Below, in pieces: positions 43,136-52,672 of a stretch of 64,000 bases of DNA (within the stretch, counting starts at the first letter, position 1; every line of letters starts with the position of its first letter). Origin of the DNA: Paramoeba atlantica (Eukaryota > Protista > Discosea); contig CDRNVI010000019.1 of assembly GCA_977017575.1 (NCBI GenBank), forward strand, positions 186,001 through 250,000. The letters are read 5' to 3'. A program made the translations under genes and the position numbers. Under the pieces are notes generated by a model. The model saw only the letters and a program-made list of their open reading frames with translations. It did not search any database and was not told where the DNA came from.

Positions 43136-43492
43136 CTGTCCCCCCCGTACGTAAGAGTCCGCCGATTTTAGGCAATTGGACTCCTAAGTGGAGGGGTCAC
43201 AATTTTTCGGACTCTTAAGTGGGAGGGGGCCGCATTTTTTCCTAAAATTTCAATATGGCCGGTTCCGTTTTTTTTTCCTCTATTTTTTCTATTTTTGTAC
43301 CATCAAGTACAAATCGCTTGGAAATATTAAAAACGCAATGGGCAGACAAAAAACAAAATCAAAGAAAATAGAAAAAAATCAAAGAAAAAAAAATCTGGCG
43401 GCGCTTCGCGCCGCAGGCAGCCCGAGGTTCCGTCAAAAAGGACTCTTAAGTAGGGGGAGTACCCCGCGGACTCTTAAGTAGGGGGGGGGCAG
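43136..43492. mobile_element. MITE family B (357 bp, TA TSD)
   Basis: TA|CTGTCCCCCCCGTACGTAAGAGTCCG ... CGGACTCTTAAGTAGGGGGGGGGCAG|TA (23/26 TIR match); further GGACTC[TC]TAAGT copies at ~43178, ~43209 and ~43440. Confidence 0.88.
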
Positions 43493-43690
43493 TAAAAGAT
43501 TCGCGAGATCGTGTAAAAAATGAGTTTTTCACCCCTTGTTTCAGCTGTGGTAGCTAAGCAAAAAAGGTTCGTTTTTTCCACGTTTTTCAGTAACAAATTG
43601 TGTTTTTTTGTGTTTTTTTAGGTTATTTTACCAGAATTTATGTATACTTCTATCTACCATTTCTCTTTTGAAATGTCCTGATTACTGTTA

Positions 43691-43754
43691 CCCCCCCTTA
43701 CTTAGCCCCCACTTTTTGGCCCAAAACCCATACTTTGTGGTGAAGTAAGGGGGG
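43691..43754. repeat. Hairpin unit C1 (CCCCCCTTACTT ... TGTGGTGAAGTAAGGGGGG)
   Basis: 12-bp arm match; the right 19-mer is identical to that of unit C2. Confidence 0.8.
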
Positions 43755-44632
43755 TGAATAAGCGACTCAAGGTTCGATCAATTTATAGTTCTCTCGGAAA
43801 TCCTCAAATTATTGAAGTACACTATGCTATCGACATTGAGCATAATTCCCTTTTCTCGAGTGTTGTAATACGTCGCGTTGCACATTCTACATTTTTTATA
43901 TTTTATGTTTCTTTTAGATTGTCTACGATGTCCCATGCGTTTTTAACATTCCCCCCATGAAAATTTCTTACATCGTAAAATTTTGAATGATGTCGCAGAA
44001 CATAACGCATTGAACCAATTTAAATTTTAGAACTACAAGACGCTGTGGCGCAACTTTATGATCAAAGCGATGATGAAACTGACTTGGAAGAAAACCATTC
44101 TGAATTAGAAATGGTTCAACGAATCTAAAACATTTCGGATTTGACAGTATTAAATAAATATATATACTGTATGTCATTATACGATCGGATTGCTCCGATC
44201 GGTCACTGGCAAGCCAGACTCTTCACAGCTAGATTTGGAAGATTCGAGGCCGACGTCCTCTACCTGTTTTCGTTAGTACAAGACGGCATCAACGTGCTGC
44301 TACTAACCCGTTGTGTCGACGAATCGTACGGTGAACCCATGATAATCTTCAAAAGTCATCATTCCTGCAGCTACGTAGCCTTCCTGTAGCCGTTAACGTT
44401 CCCCCCGGAACGTTAAACCGGACTGTGGTTTAAAATCCCGGTATGACGGCGTCGTCACCAAGAAAGTTGCACCACAAACCTTTGTGCATCGATCTTTGTG
44501 TGCCATCTGTGTCCCCCCTTGAAGACCACTGGGCGTGGCTCTGCCTCGCCTTACAACGATGCAACGGTCGGTTGCAGTGCACCCCTCCGGCTGTGTAAAG
44601 AGGTGGTAAGTTGCCTGGAGAAAAATCTGACA

Positions 44633-44685
44633 CCCCCCTTACTTCACCACACGTCCAGTGACTAACTGTGGTGAAGTAAGGGGGG
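44633..44685. repeat. Hairpin unit C2: perfect 19-bp inverted repeat with a 15-nt loop
   Basis: CCCCCCTTACTTCACCACA-cgtccagtgactaac-TGTGGTGAAGTAAGGGGGG. Confidence 0.95.
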
Positions 44686-44818
44686 AGGCGAAGTAAGTAA
44701 GGTTCAAATTTACTTCAGTCTAACCGTTCACGCATACCCAACGCTTGGCAGTGTCCTCGTGACACCCAAACGCCTTGGCGTCTGCAGGAAAAGAATCCGT
44801 TTCCTTAATCATAGTCTA

Positions 44819-44882
44819 ACTAGTATTTTAGTACGTACTAAAATACTAGTAATCGACTAGTACGTAATATAGTACGTACTAT
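44819..44882. repeat. Perfect 32-bp palindrome plus a related 14-bp palindrome
   Basis: ACTAGTATTTTAGTAC|GTACTAAAATACTAGT (44819-44850) and ATAGTAC|GTACTAT (44869-44882). Confidence 0.95.
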
Positions 44883-45457
44883 GAGATACTACTTTTTTGG
44901 AATGGAAGGATTTTTTTTCTCAGGTATTGCGGCACTCCTATTTGACAAAACAAATCGTTACTTTTGATCGAAACAGACGAGACAACCTATTTTGCATGGG
45001 CATAGTACAGTATAGAGGACTTTTGCGAGTATTTTCACGGTCGACGCTCGGAGCTCTGCTTTTAGAGAGGGATGGGGATAACTTAAAGAGGAAAAACTGC
45101 TGCTTGAGAACTGCTGATGAGGTATTATAACTGCTGATGATGAGGAACCATCGGAAAAATAATTAAGTTAATTATTTTTTACCAAAAGTATCCTACGAGA
45201 GGATCTCAGTTGCCCATGAGGTGCATAAATTAATCTAATTCGTTTCTGCACCTTTCGTTGTCAGAAAAAGCCCTCTTCTGGGGCATAGTGCTGAAGTAAT
45301 GTCGAGCTAAATTCAGTCACTAAATTCACAAAAATAATCAGTTTTTTCTAAAACCCACAAATGTTTGCGTGTTAAAAAATCAAGTTCTTTTTCGAATTTT
45401 TGATACTTCCCTCAAAAGGGGCTGTGGGTACTGTTTTTTCCCAAAAAATATTTTTCT

Positions 45458-46580
45458 TGTCATTTCCAGTGCACCACTTTTCTTAAAAACTGTATTCTCA
45501 TATCCAATGCACCATCAATTATTTAAAGAAGTATTATTTTATAATATCCTTCGGATCTACACTACAAATCCGCCATTATTCAAGACTTAGTCTTTACGAT
45601 CGTAATCGTATTCATGCACTCTTCGCATCTGGCGAGAGTCGGCGAAGCATAGCTCGCATAATTGGCAAAAGTCACAGCACTGTTTGTCGCGAGTTGGCGC
45701 GTAATGCAAGAAGGGGTCAGTGCTATGAGGGGATGAGGGCACATACGCCTCTTGTGTAAAAGGGTAAAGCCTCACAAGATACAAGGCCTTTTGCAAGAGG
45801 AAGTCAGCTCTCGACTTCAAAAGAAGCACAGCCCGAAACAGATTGCAAATACGATCCGGAGCTGTCGTACCGCCTCGACTTCTACCATATATCGCCACAT
45901 TCGTCGCAACGCGTCCTTGGGCGGCAAGTTGTACACCCATTTGCGGATCCGGCGAAAGAGGCCATACCGTCGTCGCGCTAGACCTGATCGCAGCGCGATT
46001 CCCAACCGAACGCCACTTGAAAATCGACCAGAAGTAGTCAATAAGCGTCGGCGCTACGGCGATTGGGAAGCAGACTTCGTCGACGGCCGAGGACATACCG
46101 GATATATTCTTACCCTGTGCGAGCGTAAGAGTCGCATCCTTGTTCTTCTCAAGTTGGAATCTAAGAACGCGAAGGAGGTAAGCAAACAAATTGTAGACGG
46201 GTTAAAGAACACAGGGTTCGGACGATCACATACGACAACGGAACAGAATTCTGACACCATGAAGAAGTAAACAAAGAATTAAAATGCAAGTCTTTCTTTT
46301 GCGCTCCGTACTATTCGTGGGAGAAAGGGTCTGTGGAACATGCAAACGATTTGATCCGTCAATTCCATCAGAAAACCGAATTTTTTGAGTATTTGAACCA
46401 AAGTGAATTAAACAAAACAGCATTAGAATTGAGCACTCGTCCTCGGAAATTATTAAAATATCGTTCTCCAATGGATTTTGTGAATGAACTCCTCTACATA
46501 TGTGCATAAGGCCATAGTTCGTAAATCTTTCATGGACTAGTGGTCCAGTTTTTAAAAAAGTGTAGCACTTCTACAGATCA
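45458..46580 (+). mobile_element. IS30-family insertion sequence remnant
   Basis: Imperfect IR cores at 45468-45492 (AGTGCACCACTTTTCTTAAAAACTG) and 46546-46569 (CAGTTTTTAAAAAAGTGTAGCACT) bracket an IS30 transposase. The outer TG...CA ends at 45458/46580 are tentative and no TSD was found. Confidence 0.8.
45568..46509 (+). pseudogene. IS30 transposase pseudogene
   Basis: Frame 1 HTH: HYSRLSLYDRNRIHALFASGESRRSIARIIGKSHSTVCRELARN. Shift of +1 (45737-45756) gives ...HSPKQIA...STIYRHI...RPEVVNKRRRYGDWEADFV. Shift back (~46205-46216) gives RTITYDNGTEF*H...FCAPYYSWEKGSVEHAN..IRQF...RPRKLLKYRSP. DD33E spacing; in-frame TGA at 46252; the start codon reads ATC. Confidence 0.92.
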
Positions 46581-49500
46581 TACACTGTGCAATCTAAGGT
46601 TGCGCTGTACTCCTGTACATCGCTTAGACTAGAGGAGGTAGGAGTGTGCACAATATGATTGCTGCTGTGTGTTATACTGTCTTGACTGTTTGTGTGAATT
46701 TTCGAAGCACTTCCACTGCCTCGCTCAAACTTTTTGTGACGTGTATGCTCTACAATTGAAGGTAGATTTGTTGACCTCTGTGGACTCCCAGATTCGGGGC
46801 GTATTTGAGTTACTGTCAAATCTTGAAAAATGTTATATTTTTCAAGATGAGATGATTCTATCCTTTCTGACTTCGTTATGAAGGGATCCATTAAGAGATC
46901 ATCGACGTCTGGGCGTCGCTCCGGATCACGTTCGAAACATTTCAAGAGGAAGTTATTCAAAATTGGGGGTAGTGATTTCGAACTAATCGTGGGCGGCAAT
47001 CCAGTGCTCTGCGTTACCATTGTAATAAAGTTTGAGAGCGAGTCCGTCGAAGGCCATGGTGCCTCGCCGCTGTTCAACATTTCTACCACTGTGCATCCAA
47101 CAGACCATACATCGACTTTCGCACTAAGATAATCGTTCTTGTTAACGTCTTTTACATAATCTTGTTGCGTAGATTTTGTTGTGAAGTCATTAGTCGGAGT
47201 CAATCCCGCGTTCTCAACGACAGCTTTAAATTCGGTCTGGTGAGAATATTCCACCATAGATGGATTTTTAGCCTTCAACTCGGAACAAGGCAATAGGTCT
47301 TTACCCTTCCACTGCACAAGGAGCTCGGGAGCAGTCCAAGGCAACGTACCGAAAGCATGCTTTGCAAAAGGATTCGTTGTGTGCTTTTCGTTATATGAAC
47401 ATAGCTGATTGTCCACGGTATGTGTTGCGAAAATCCTGGCATGGCCAAAATCGGCTAGTTTCAGGGTTCCTCTCGAGCTTAATAGTATATTATCCGCCTT
47501 GACATCGCAGTGTGACACCTGGTGCGCATGAAGGTGGGAAAGTCCCATCAACAGTTGCGTGGTAAATTTCTGTATGACACTAATGTCTAACTGTTGACGT
47601 CGGCATAGAGCGCCAAGTGTACCGCCTTCTGCGAATTCCATAACAATGTGTATCTCTGCTTTTTCGGGAAATATATTACAACCGTAGTATTGTACAATGT
47701 TTGGATGAGGTGGAAGCGATTTCATTAATTTTGTTTCTCTAGCAATTATTGCGATGTCTTCTTGCTGCATTGAATCGTATATAGGCAAGACTTTCACCGC
47801 CAAAAGCCCTCCACCGCGTTGGACTGCGGCATAAACAATCCCATATGACCCTTGTCCAATTTCAGATGTCAATTTATACTGTAAAGTTGCTCGGTCAGAC
47901 GTTGGGGTAAGAGGTGAATTTAGATCACCCACGTGTTTTTCAAGCTGTTCTGTGAGCGATGCACTCGTATGACATGCAAACGTATCGCTATCGGCTTCGG
48001 GCCACGAGGGGCCGAAATTTGGCTCCAAATCATGCCCCTCAAAGTTTAAATGAAGTAATGGACGACGTACCTCCTCTTTTTTAACCTTTTCGGGTCCATT
48101 CTTTGTCATATAATGTATACGCAGACTTCTATAGATTTCCAGGAAAACAAGACATAGCAATATGCAAATTATGAGACTTGTCCAAAAACGTGCACTTTCG
48201 ACCAATGCGATCAAACGAAAGCTTTTCGATAGCCCTTGTGAGCTTATGTGCGTGATATTCGCCCGAAAAATAAGCAACTCTGATATGTACTCCGCCGGGC
48301 GGTATCCTCCACTGTATGCAAAATCAAATCTGCTATAGTTCCCAAAGTCTGTGACGAATGGTACCGTAACTGACGACCATGCTGCCATAAACAATCTTTG
48401 GAGTCGATTCCTTGTCTCATACACAGGAAATAACTTCGCATTGTGCCTGTTTTTTCGCAAGCAGACAAGATCTATAAATCTCTGAGCTGACATTCTCTGC
48501 CATTGAGAAGTTGGTACGCGTAGGTCAAATGTCTCGATTCCTTCCGCTAGTTTGGGCCGCTCTATTTTCGCATCTTGAATGCCTCCTGCGACGAGAAGAA
48601 ATTCAATTATTGTTCTCGGAGTTCCTAGTTTTACTGCTGTGAAGTAAGCTCGTGGTGAATGCATTGAATGCAAAGATACCCAATGCAGCAATGATTTATC
48701 GGCTGACAGAGTAGACGTACTTGTTTGCAATGTCCTCCTCTGAACCTGAGCTCCGCGACCCACTCCCCCAATCGACAACAACGAGCAATTTGATCCACGA
48801 AGTAGTTGATGACCCGTAATTGGCAGTATGCTTCTTCTTCCGGCTGTTGTCCCGAAAACTCTTTCTTCAGAAAATGTGTCCAAATTAAACGAAAAGTACT
48901 TTTCGTCCACTATATTTCGATTATGATCTCCTCCTATTATGTACAACACCGACGAATTTCCTTTCTCGCTGCATTCCGGTGGAAGGATCACAGTCCCAGG
49001 AAAGCTTGGTGCCTTGAATGTACTGCCTCCTAGACTTCGCATTTTCCAGGAAACCGCAGCTAACCAGCGTAAACTTGGAATATGAAATACATCCACCACA
49101 TGAACAGCAGGCTCTGAACCATCTCTAGGATCGTACGAATGTCCACCTATTATAATAATAATATCGTCTTCGTATTTCTTTCCCAAGCTTCTAACAACGT
49201 TATTTCGAGAAGAATTGGTTGAATCTACTTTACGCTTGAGTTCGGCTCTGCCATACACTCGGGGGGTGTAATATTGGCTTTCTTTCCTTAGAACTGTCCA
49301 TTTCTTTGACGTTGTATTATATTGCAACGATCGTGAGGAAGGTGCCTTGCTGCCTTGAGATCCTTCTCTTCCACCGAAAATAAACACGGAATCTCTATAA
49401 TAAACGCTGGAATGTCCGTACCGTGGTCTAGGTAACGTAGTATATTCGAGAACTCCAATATCCAGTACAGAGCGTTCGGTAAAAAAAGTATTAGCGCACG

Positions 49501-49711
49501 TTTTATTATTCAATATTTGATTCAGATGGATGCAACGTTTGTTGTCATACGCTATGTGATTTTCTTCAGTATTTAAGAAATTTTTGGTCGTGATATTCGT
49601 TGGCATGGTCTCGTTCGAAAACAGAAGCGTGCGTAATCCTTGATTGAAGGGGTGAAAAAAGGAACAATATAGCAAGACAATTACGGCGCGAAAATGCACG
49701 AAGAATGTCAT
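46571..49711 (-). CDS. Receptor-like kinase 2: signal peptide + kelch repeats + TM + non-RD STE11/MAP3K-like domain
   Basis: MTFFVHFRAVIVLLYCSFF; PRPRYGHSSVYYRDSVFIFGG, IIIIGG, LYIIGG, LLSIGG, PRAYFTAV..LLVAGG; TM FWTSLIICILLCLVFLEIY; IGQGSYGIV, LAVK, HCDVKADNIL, DFG and GTLPWTAPE. Confidence 0.9.
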   Translation of the reverse strand: MTFFVHFRAVIVLLYCSFFHPFNQGLRTLLFSNETMPTNITTKNFLNTEENHIAYDNKRCIHLNQILNNKTCANTFFTERSVLDIGVLEYTTLPRPRYGHSSVYYRDSVFIFGGREGSQGSKAPSSRSLQYNTTSKKWTVLRKESQYYTPRVYGRAELKRKVDSTNSSRNNVVRSLGKKYEDDIIIIIGGHSYDPRDGSEPAVHVVDVFHIPSLRWLAAVSWKMRSLGGSTFKAPSFPGTVILPPECSEKGNSSVLYIIGGDHNRNIVDEKYFSFNLDTFSEERVFGTTAGRRSILPITGHQLLRGSNCSLLSIGGVGRGAQVQRRTLQTSTSTLSADKSLLHWVSLHSMHSPRAYFTAVKLGTPRTIIEFLLVAGGIQDAKIERPKLAEGIETFDLRVPTSQWQRMSAQRFIDLVCLRKNRHNAKLFPVYETRNRLQRLFMAAWSSVTVPFVTDFGNYSRFDFAYSGGYRPAEYISELLIFRANITHISSQGLSKSFRLIALVESARFWTSLIICILLCLVFLEIYRSLRIHYMTKNGPEKVKKEEVRRPLLHLNFEGHDLEPNFGPSWPEADSDTFACHTSASLTEQLEKHVGDLNSPLTPTSDRATLQYKLTSEIGQGSYGIVYAAVQRGGGLLAVKVLPIYDSMQQEDIAIIARETKLMKSLPPHPNIVQYYGCNIFPEKAEIHIVMEFAEGGTLGALCRRQQLDISVIQKFTTQLLMGLSHLHAHQVSHCDVKADNILLSSRGTLKLADFGHARIFATHTVDNQLCSYNEKHTTNPFAKHAFGTLPWTAPELLVQWKGKDLLPCSELKAKNPSMVEYSHQTEFKAVVENAGLTPTNDFTTKSTQQDYVKDVNKNDYLSAKVDVWSVGCTVVEMLNSGEAPWPSTDSLSNFITMVTQSTGLPPTISSKSLPPILNNFLLKCFERDPERRPDVDDLLMDPFITKSERIESSHLEKYNIFQDLTVTQIRPESGSPQRSTNLPSIVEHTRHKKFERGSGSASKIHTNSQDSITHSSNHIVHTPTSSSLSDVQEYSATLDCTVYDL

Positions 49712-50039
49712 AAGCTAGATATTCATTCACCAATGTTTCGTTAAAATTCAGGCGTTTGTTTGGGATAGCTGCTTCGAATCTTAACCCCTCTTAGAAAACG
49801 ATATCTAAAGAATGCACACGAATTCAATTAATAAGCAGTGCTGGCCACTCTTCAAATAGCCTCCGAACTGTGTAGCGGAATGTATCATGAACTAAGTTCT
49901 AATTCGAAAGGTGTTTTTTACTCCGAGTTTTTACCTATTAGGAAGAATTTTATACGATCCTTATCACGACAGATAAAAAGAACCTAATAAACTAGCTGAA
50001 GTTACATTAATTAATCAGTTTTCATGTACTGGTAAATTT

Positions 50040-50167
50040 GTTGCTCTTCGGGCTGACCTGCGTCAGTAAATGAGTAACCCAAATTGGTCACCCAAAAAAA
50101 GATTTCCTCAGTGAGAGAGATTTGATCCTTTAGCCTCAACCCGATTCTCTTACTGGGTGGTCTACGG
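50040..50167. mobile_element. MITE family A, right-end remnant
   Basis: ...GGGCTGACC..CAGTAAA..., CAGTGAGAGAGATTTG..CCCGATTCTCTTACTGGGTGGTCTACGG|TA; the left boundary is approximate. Confidence 0.7.
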
Positions 50168-50203
50168 TAATATGCCATATTGAGTAGAGACAAGACAAGG
50201 CTT

Positions 50204-50818
50204 CTAGCTTTCAAATGGCATCCCACATTTTTTCCTCAAGCTTGTAGCTTCGTTTTCCAAACGCTTCTTCTCCATTTCTAAGCGTGACATTCCAGATTCT
50301 AGTCTTATGATACGATTGTTCCTGTCCTGAACACTACATGTTTCAAGCGATATCAGCTGTCGATTTTTTTCTTCTTTGCTCCGCTCTAATTCTATGAGTG
50401 CTGTCCTTTCAAAATTGATTTGACTAATCCTATTTTCAATTCGCTCGGAATCTCGCACTGCATTTTCCACTTGTTTCGAGATTTCTTTGGCACGTATGCG
50501 CAAAAGGTCGTTTTGCCTGAGCAATTCCGCATGAAAATGCATAAATTTTAAGCAAAAGCTGTGAGAGAATTCTCCCATCTGTCCAAGTTCCTGCGCAGAA
50601 AGTCTGTAAGTGTCTTGCAGGAGTTTAGTAAAGGAGAGGACTAAAGGGTCAAGCGTTTCATCGAAAGTAGTTAAGGTGCTTTGCATCAATCGCAAATAGT
50701 TAATGTACAATGCATTTAATGTGTGATTCGTCAGTGTAAATATACAATAATGTATAATTAGTGAAGTTATAGTCATGGACGCCACTCTTTTTTCAAAGTC
50801 AATATAAATAGAGAACAA
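50204..50818 (-). CDS. Coiled-coil hypothetical protein
   Basis: Long heptad-like E/K/R/L-rich C-terminal half; the likely start is internal (MQSTLTT). Confidence 0.55.
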   Translation of the reverse strand: MFSIYIDFEKRVASMTITSLIIHYCIFTLTNHTLNALYINYLRLMQSTLTTFDETLDPLVLSFTKLLQDTYRLSAQELGQMGEFSHSFCLKFMHFHAELLRQNDLLRIRAKEISKQVENAVRDSERIENRISQINFERTALIELERSKEEKNRQLISLETCSVQDRNNRIIRLESGMSRLEMEKKRLENEATSLRKKCGMPFES

Positions 50819-51241
50819 TGACTACACCGTCAAACTATGAGTTTGAATGTATGGAAAATAATAAGCATGAGAATTGCACATGAGAATTCTTTGATACAAG
50901 CATTAGTCCTGGGTACACCAAGATTGCACTAAGTGTGTAGGAAGATTTGCTCATCCGTCAATTTATTGAATGCCCATATGACAACTTCAGCATAACAATG
51001 AATACGTACGTGATCAGAAGACAGCATACGTCGATGAGCATATCTCTTAAAAAATCTGAACTGCGATTCAATTACAAGCGTCCCTTCAAAGCGCACGACT
51101 TCTGCCCATTAAGCACAATAAATCATGTTTACCACATTACCTTGCGAGAGAATCTGTTCTCCGTTTACGCGAGGCACATTCTACACAAATACACTTGTAA
51201 CAATATGATATGTCGTTAGAAGAGTGGAGTTGCTCATATTT

Positions 51242-52672
51242 CTATGCCTTCAATACGCGGTCGTAAAATTCGCCTTTCAGTTTGTTATCTATTTTGTTCA
51301 ACATTTCTTTTGGAAACGTGCGAAGCAAAGACCAGCATAAATCTAAACTCACAAAGATATCTCTCGTTTCATCGTATTCCTGGCGGAGAAACATGTTTTC
51401 GTATTTTTCAAGGAACTGAAGATGGAGGAGATCCTCTGTGCTCAGCGCCTCTTCGCCAACTACAGCTTTCATAGCAAGAATATCCCTTGCGATGGCATAA
51501 GCCGCATACATTTGATTTGACACAGCACCGTGGTCTTTTCGTGTCACACCGTCCCCGATTGCGTGTTTCATCAAGCGTGACAAAGATGGCAGAATATTTA
51601 TGGGGGGATATATCTGACGGTTGTGCAGCTGACGATCGATATAAATCTGCCCTTCCGTGATATATCCCGTAAGATCGGGAATCGGATGCGTAATATCGTC
51701 ATTGGGCATAGTTACAATTGGAATCTGCGTAATCGAGCCTGGTTTCCCCGCTACCCGTCCCGCTCGCTCGTAGAGACTAGCGAGGTCGGTGTACATATAC
51801 CCCGGATAACCACGTCGCCCTGGGACCTCTTCTCGCGCTGCGCTAATTTCCCGTAATGCATCGGCGTACGAGCTCATATCAGTAAGAATCACCAGCACGT
51901 GCTTGCCACAGTCGTAGGCCAGGTACTCTGCACACGTTAAAGCGAGGCGTGGGGTGATAATACGCTCAATGGTGGGGTCATTGGCCAAGTTAAGAAATAC
52001 AACTGTGCGTTCCATTGCACCGTTCTCTTCGAATTCGCGCCGAAAAAATCGTGCGGCCTCTGCCGTGACACCCATGGCGGCGAATACGATACAGAAACTC
52101 GAACTGTTGTCAGCAGCTCCTCCCCTCCTTACCAACCCGGCCTGTCGTACGATCTGTGCGGCCAGTTCGTTATGAGGCAATCCAGCACCACTAAACAGGG
52201 GAATCTTCTGTCCACGAGAAACGGATGTCATGACGTCAATGGAGCTGATACCAGTTTGAATCATTTCTTCGGGATACACACGCGCACTTGGGTTAATGGG
52301 CATCCCTGTAATATCCCGATAAAACTCGGGGAGAACAGGGGGTCCGTCATCGATAGGAATTCCTGAGCCATTGAAGATACGACCCAACATATCTTCAGTG
52401 ACCCCGAACTCCATAATTTTCCCGGTAAACTCGCATGTACTGTCTCGTGCATCAATACCTGCCGTTCCCTCAAATACTTGCACAACCGCTTTGCTGCCGT
52501 CAACCTCAAGTACTTGTCCACGACGAGTTGAACCATCGGCGAGACGTAAATTCACGATCTCAGCATAGCACGGGCTTCGTACCTTTTCGAGAATAACTAA
52601 GGGCCCATTCACGGCGTTTATAGTCCTGTACTCCAGCCGAGGCTCTGGAGTCTCCGCCTTCGTGGATGTCAT
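51242..52672 (-). CDS. VMA2: V-type H+-ATPase subunit B
   Basis: [54 protein letters not shown] and [14 protein letters not shown]. Confidence 0.98.
   Translation of the reverse strand: MTSTKAETPEPRLEYRTINAVNGPLVILEKVRSPCYAEIVNLRLADGSTRRGQVLEVDGSKAVVQVFEGTAGIDARDSTCEFTGKIMEFGVTEDMLGRIFNGSGIPIDDGPPVLPEFYRDITGMPINPSARVYPEEMIQTGISSIDVMTSVSRGQKIPLFSGAGLPHNELAAQIVRQAGLVRRGGAADNSSSFCIVFAAMGVTAEAARFFRREFEENGAMERTVVFLNLANDPTIERIITPRLALTCAEYLAYDCGKHVLVILTDMSSYADALREISAAREEVPGRRGYPGYMYTDLASLYERAGRVAGKPGSITQIPIVTMPNDDITHPIPDLTGYITEGQIYIDRQLHNRQIYPPINILPSLSRLMKHAIGDGVTRKDHGAVSNQMYAAYAIARDILAMKAVVGEEALSTEDLLHLQFLEKYENMFLRQEYDETRDIFVSLDLCWSLLRTFPKEMLNKIDNKLKGEFYDRVLKA

Noticed and set aside
43398-43430. 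Helitron 3' end at the GC hairpin
   Set aside because: No CTRR terminus a few bases downstream, and the hairpin lies inside a TIR/TA-bounded element.
41259-45460. CRISPR-like array among the spaced repeats
   Set aside because: No constant repeat/unique spacer periodicity, no cas genes, eukaryotic context.
45737-46216. Programmed frameshifting as the explanation for the split IS30 ORF
   Set aside because: Two opposite shifts, an in-frame TGA and a missing ATG indicate decay; IS30 elements normally use one ORF.
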